A stretch of 64,000 nucleotides of DNA from Bryobacteraceae bacterium (GTDB lineage Bacteria > Acidobacteriota > Terriglobia > Bryobacterales > Bryobacteraceae), in contig DATKFU010000290.1 of assembly GCA_035511215.1 (NCBI GenBank), forward strand, positions 25,593 through 89,592. Direction: 5' to 3'. A program made the translations under genes and the position numbers. This document shows positions 60,510-64,000 of this stretch, piece by piece (within the stretch, counting starts at the first letter, position 1; every line of letters begins with the position of its first letter). Below the pieces are notes generated by a model, which ran no database searches, was not told where the DNA came from, and worked only from the letters and a program-made list of their open reading frames with translations.

Positions 60510-61112
60510 TTGACATTTGACACGTTCAACGAGGACTATGTGCGGCGGCTGACGGACGGGGATTCCGGCGCTGGCGAGCACTTTGCCACGTATTTCGGCA
60601 ACCTATTGTACCTGAAGCTGCGGGTGCGCCTGCGCTCCGTCCCGCTGATCGAAGACATCCGGCAGGAGACACTGACGCGGGTACTGGCGATTCTGCGAGA
60701 GGGTGGGGGGGTGAATCGTCCGGAGCGTTTCGGGGCGTTCGTAAACGGCGTTTGCAATAACGTGGTGCGGGAGCTTTGCCGGTCGGAAAGGCGCGAGGAG
60801 CCTTGGGACGATGAGATGGCGGAGCCCATGGATCCGGCCGTGGACCTGGATGCCGAACTGGTGAGCGCCGACTGGAAGCGGGAAATCGCGCGCATACTTG
60901 CGGCAATGCCGGAGAAAGACCGTGGGATCCTGCAAGCGGTATATCTGGACGAAATCGACAAAGCGGAAGTCTGCCGGCGGTTTCAGGTGGATGCGGGTTA
61001 TCTGCGGGTGCTGGTGCACCGAGCCAAGGCCCAATTTCGCGGGGCCTATCTCAAGGACCGGAAAGATGGCCAGGGGAAATGCCCGGCGCCGGTCAATCGA
61101 TCCGCAAAGTGA
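60510..61112 (+). CDS. ECF-type RNA polymerase sigma-70 family factor
   Basis: Region 2 FATYFGNLLYLKLRVRLRSVPLIEDIRQETLTRVL...FGAFVNGVCNNVVRELCR. Region 4 MPEKDRGILQAVYLDEIDKAEVCRRFQVDAGYLRVLVHRAKAQFR. Start is TTG 60510 or GTG 60540; an in-frame TAG at 60489 excludes earlier starts. Confidence 0.85.
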   Translation: MTFDTFNEDYVRRLTDGDSGAGEHFATYFGNLLYLKLRVRLRSVPLIEDIRQETLTRVLAILREGGGVNRPERFGAFVNGVCNNVVRELCRSERREEPWDDEMAEPMDPAVDLDAELVSADWKREIARILAAMPEKDRGILQAVYLDEIDKAEVCRRFQVDAGYLRVLVHRAKAQFRGAYLKDRKDGQGKCPAPVNRSAK

Positions 61113-61575
61113 CAATGGCCTGCGCTTCGGCGGAGCGGCCTTCGCCCACGGGGCCGACCTTCTCGGCGGTCTTGAACTTCACGGACACGCGGCCGGCATC
61201 CAGTTCCAGCGTGACGGCTAGCCGGCGGCGAATGGCGTCGCGGTAATCCTTGAGTTTCGGCCGCTCGAGGACGACGGTAGAATCCACATTGACGATGCGG
61301 TAGCCGCGGGCGCGAGCCAGATCGCGGGCGTGAGCCAGAAAAATCAAGCTGCCGGCGCCCTGCCAGCGCGGATCGGTATCGGGGAAGTGCATGCCGATAT
61401 CGCCCAGCGCAGCGGCGCCCAGGATGGCGTCGGTAATGGCGTGGGCCAGGACATCGGCGTCGGAATGGCCTTCCAGGCCAAGTTCGGAAGGGATGGCGAC
61501 GCCGCCGAGGATCAACGGGCGATGGGGGACCAGGCGGTGGACATCCCAGCCGAGGCCGGTGCGGTATTCGCTCAC
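61093..61575 (-). CDS. ispF: 2-C-methyl-D-erythritol 2,4-cyclodiphosphate synthase
   Basis: GLGWDVHRL..., GHSDADVLAHAITDAILGAAALGDIGMHFPDTDP. 160 aa. GTG start overlaps the ispD stop (GTGA). Confidence 0.95.
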   Translation of the reverse strand: MSEYRTGLGWDVHRLVPHRPLILGGVAIPSELGLEGHSDADVLAHAITDAILGAAALGDIGMHFPDTDPRWQGAGSLIFLAHARDLARARGYRIVNVDSTVVLERPKLKDYRDAIRRRLAVTLELDAGRVSVKFKTAEKVGPVGEGRSAEAQAIVTLRID

Positions 61576-62306
61576 AATTCGCGGGGCGCGGTTTCCTCTT
61601 CCAGGAAGAGCCGTGCCAGGTCCATATCGCTGGGCTTGGTGATCTTGATGTTGCGGTCGCTGCCCAGCACCACGCTCACTTCCACCTCCAGCCGCTCCAC
61701 CAGGCTGGATTCGTCGGTACCAATGAAGCCGTCGGTTTGGGCGGCGGCGAAGGCGCGGACCAGCAGGTCATAACGGAAGACTTGCGGTGTCTGCGCCAGC
61801 ACCAGCTTCTCGCGCGGCAGAGTGGCGCGGATCTTGGCCTTGTTGGTCTGGGCGCGGGCCACCTGCTTCACCGTATCGACAGGCACGATACCCACTATGG
61901 CTGCGCCGGTTTCAGCGGCTTCGTCAATGACTTTGTCGATGGTTTCCAGATCGACGAACGGCCGCACCGCATCGTGTACGGCGACCAGAGTGGTATCGGG
62001 ATCGAGCACGGCCAGGGCATTCTCCACGGATTGCTGGCGGGAGTTTCCGCCTTCCACCACGCGCAACTTCTTGCCGTGAACTTCGCGCTGGAGCAATTCC
62101 GCGACCCATTCCAGATCGTCGCGCCGGACGGCCACCACGATTTCGTCGACGCGTGCGGACGCAGCGAACTTGCGCACGGAATGCAGCAGGATGGGGGCGC
62201 CATCGAGCAGCATGAACTGCTTCCGGCTGGTTCCCGCTTTCTCGGCGGAGGTCCGCCCCATGCGGGTACCCAAGCCCGCGGCTGGCAGAATCACGGCTAC
62301 TTTCAT
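61572..62306 (-). CDS. ispD: 2-C-methyl-D-erythritol 4-phosphate cytidylyltransferase
   Basis: Start at ATG 62306 (MKVAVILPAAGLGTRMG...KQFMLLDGAPILLHSV). VAVHDAVRPFV motif. Confidence 0.9.
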   Translation of the reverse strand: MKVAVILPAAGLGTRMGRTSAEKAGTSRKQFMLLDGAPILLHSVRKFAASARVDEIVVAVRRDDLEWVAELLQREVHGKKLRVVEGGNSRQQSVENALAVLDPDTTLVAVHDAVRPFVDLETIDKVIDEAAETGAAIVGIVPVDTVKQVARAQTNKAKIRATLPREKLVLAQTPQVFRYDLLVRAFAAAQTDGFIGTDESSLVERLEVEVSVVLGSDRNIKITKPSDMDLARLFLEEETAPREL

Positions 62307-62374
62307 AGAGGAAATCCAAGCAGCAGGGGAGGGCGGCCTGAGAGGCCGCCGCAGGCCGAGGGCCCGCCCCACAG

Positions 62375-63481
62375 CTACGATTCTACCGTGGTTTTCTCGG
62401 GGGAGAATGGATCGGCCTTGCGCGGCGGCCGGTCGTGCTTGTCGGCGCCGGCAGCGGCGGCAGCGGCCACGGCGTGCATGCGCTCGTCGAATTTGCCGAA
62501 GATCATCTTACCCGCGGTGGTTTGTAACACGCTGGTGACGGAGATGTCGATGGTTTTCGAGATCATCTTCCGGGCGTTATCCACCACGACCATAGTGCCG
62601 TCGTCCAGATAGGCGACGCCCTGGTTATACTCTTTGCCTTCCTTCAAGATGAATACGCGCATGGTCTCGCCCGGCAGCACGATGGGCTTGAGCGCATTGG
62701 CCAGCTCGTTGATATTGAGCACCTGCACGCCGTGTAGTTGGGCGACCTTGTTCAGATTGAAGTCGTTGGTGACGATTTTGGAATCATAGACCTTGGCCAG
62801 CTCGATCAGCTTCATGTCCACCTCACGGACATGCGGGAAATCGTCCTCGACGATCTGGATGTTGAGGTGGGCCATTTTCTGGATGCGCTGCAGGATGTCG
62901 AGGCCGCGGCGTCCGCGATTGCGCTTCATGGAATCGGCGGAATCGGCCACCAATTGCAGCTCGCGGAGGACGAATTGGGGGATCACCAGCACGCCGTCCA
63001 GGAATCCGGTTTCGGCGATGTCGGCGATGCGGCCATCGATAATGACGCTGGTGTCCAGTATTTTGAAGGATTTTTTGGATACTTTCTCGCCGCCGAAAAT
63101 GCCCCCCAAGGCGGACAGGTTGAGCATGTCGCCTTTCTTGCCGCCCACGATCAGGCCGACGTAGGTCATCCAGAGGAGCAGGCAGACTTGTATGAACGGA
63201 ATCATGTGGGAGGTATCTCCGCCATCCGGCCGCGCCCAGCGCAGCACGAGTGACATGAAGAACGCCCCGACGATGCCGAGCACCGATCCAAAAGCGGCGC
63301 CGATCAGCCGCTTAAGGCTGATTTGTTCCAGCCGGACCTCGAAAAAGATGATGGAAATGCCGAGAACAAGTCCCGCCAATGCGGCCCACGGGGAGGGAGC
63401 AGTTTGAAATGGGTGCAGCAGGTAGCCGGACGCGGTTAATACGAGCACGAATATGATGCGAACGATGGTTAAATCGAGCAT
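62375..63481 (-). CDS. YacL-like membrane-anchored PIN plus TRAM domain protein
   Basis: Start at ATG 63481 (MLDLTIVRIIFVLVL...). Four N-terminal TM helices. PIN region FKILDTSVIIDGRIADIAETGFLDGVLVIPQFVLRELQLVADS. TRAM-like C-terminus (GETMRVFILKEGKEYNQGVAYLDDGTMVVV). Gene order yacL-ispD-ispF matches Bacillus. Confidence 0.8.
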   Translation of the reverse strand: MLDLTIVRIIFVLVLTASGYLLHPFQTAPSPWAALAGLVLGISIIFFEVRLEQISLKRLIGAAFGSVLGIVGAFFMSLVLRWARPDGGDTSHMIPFIQVCLLLWMTYVGLIVGGKKGDMLNLSALGGIFGGEKVSKKSFKILDTSVIIDGRIADIAETGFLDGVLVIPQFVLRELQLVADSADSMKRNRGRRGLDILQRIQKMAHLNIQIVEDDFPHVREVDMKLIELAKVYDSKIVTNDFNLNKVAQLHGVQVLNINELANALKPIVLPGETMRVFILKEGKEYNQGVAYLDDGTMVVVDNARKMISKTIDISVTSVLQTTAGKMIFGKFDERMHAVAAAAAAGADKHDRPPRKADPFSPEKTTVES

Positions 63482-63587
63482 GAGAACACCCCTTTCCGGG
63501 CGAATTCGAGAGAGCGCGGGGAAGCAGTCCGTCCTCTCGACCCTGAAATTGCGAGCTGACAAGGTCGCGCCAAGATTATAGCATCAG

Positions 63588-63654
63588 AGCGGGTCTGGAG
63601 ACCCGCTGCAGGCGTGGACGCCCGCCCCACAGCAGGCGTGGACGCCTGCCCCAC
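63588..63654 (-). repeat. Array of three consecutive hairpins (two GTGGGGC-box units plus hairpin 2) abutting the stop of the PQQ-dehydrogenase gene
   Basis: The minus strand reads gtggggcaggcgtccacgcctgc-t-gtggggcgggcgtccacgcctgc-a-gcgggtctccagacccgct. All three loops are tcca. It is followed by a TATAAT (minus strand, 63580-63575) upstream of the yacL-like gene. Confidence 0.75.
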
Positions 63655-64000
63655 TTACTGGTGGGGGAGCGCGAAGGCGACGTAGCTTCCGCCGGAGGGC
63701 GCACCCGACTTCCCTCCCCCGGCGGCGACGACCACGAACTGGCGCCCATCGATCTCATAAGTCGCAGGCGTGGCGTTGCCCGCGGCCGGGAGCGCGGCTT
63801 CCCAAAGCAGCTCGCCGGTGGCCTTATCGAAGGCATGAAACTTGCGGTCGTGGTTGGTGGCGGCGATGAATAACAACCCTCCAGCGGTTACCACAGGCCC
63901 GCCATAATTCTCGCTGCCGGTGTGGCGCAGGCCTTTGGCCGCCAGCTCGGGATACTCGCCGAAGGGGATCTTCCAGGCGATCTCACCCTTGTTCAGATCG
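63655..64000 (-). CDS. C-terminal part of a PQQ-dependent (quinoprotein) dehydrogenase beta-propeller; 5' end outside the window
   Basis: The frame is open to the window edge. ...[96 protein letters not shown] is typical of the last propeller blades of PQQ glucose/sorbosone dehydrogenases. Confidence 0.75.
   Translation of the reverse strand, partial: DLNKGEIAWKIPFGEYPELAAKGLRHTGSENYGGPVVTAGGLLFIAATNHDRKFHAFDKATGELLWEAALPAAGNATPATYEIDGRQFVVVAAGGGKSGAPSGGSYVAFALPHQ

Noticed and set aside
63608-63654. Tandem 23-24 nt direct repeats as a mini CRISPR array
   Set aside because: There are only two adjacent copies, no spacers and no cas genes. The units are self-complementary hairpins belonging to the dispersed element family.
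63469-63654. 61-aa ORF with repeated GQASTPAVGRASTPAAG peptide
   Set aside because: The repeat is simply the translation of the tandem hairpin units. The ORF also spans a TATAAT box and the start region of the yacL-like gene.

Overview
High-GC chromosomal window that looks acidobacterial (Solibacter/Bryobacter-like). That call is an inference from family content: five full-length ADOP-type duplicated FtsX/MacB-like permeases ending in ALRYE/ALREE, plus one orphan 3' remnant; a TIGR03437-like secreted protein; a TIGR03436-like VWA protein; and PadR. Housekeeping genes are glgA, trxA, a DksA-like gene, argS, mdh, mmsA, sppA, pal and a yacL-like/ispD/ispF block. They are interleaved with: (1) a Wzy/Wzz-type surface-glycan cluster at 0.7-8.9 kb that includes a KdoO-like dioxygenase; (2) a tightly coupled five-gene glycan operon at 42.7-49.1 kb with a glycosyltransferase-methyltransferase fusion and a Wzm-type ABC-2 permease that has an extra N-terminal domain and no recognisable ATPase partner; (3) a PadR-led operon of unusual composition at 24.3-27.7 kb; and (4) at least six toxin-antitoxin-like loci, most visibly decayed (frameshifted or truncated toxins, one antitoxin with compensating indels). 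The least expected signal is non-coding: a recurrent GC-rich two-hairpin element with a GTGGGGC box. It has four two-hairpin copies plus one single-hairpin relative, shows compensatory stem changes, and each two-hairpin copy lies just 5' of a gene on that gene's strand. No rRNA, tRNA, CRISPR array or intact mobile element was recognised. All family calls come from motif recognition by eye, with no searches run. Many long alternate-frame ORFs in the track are GC-driven shadows.
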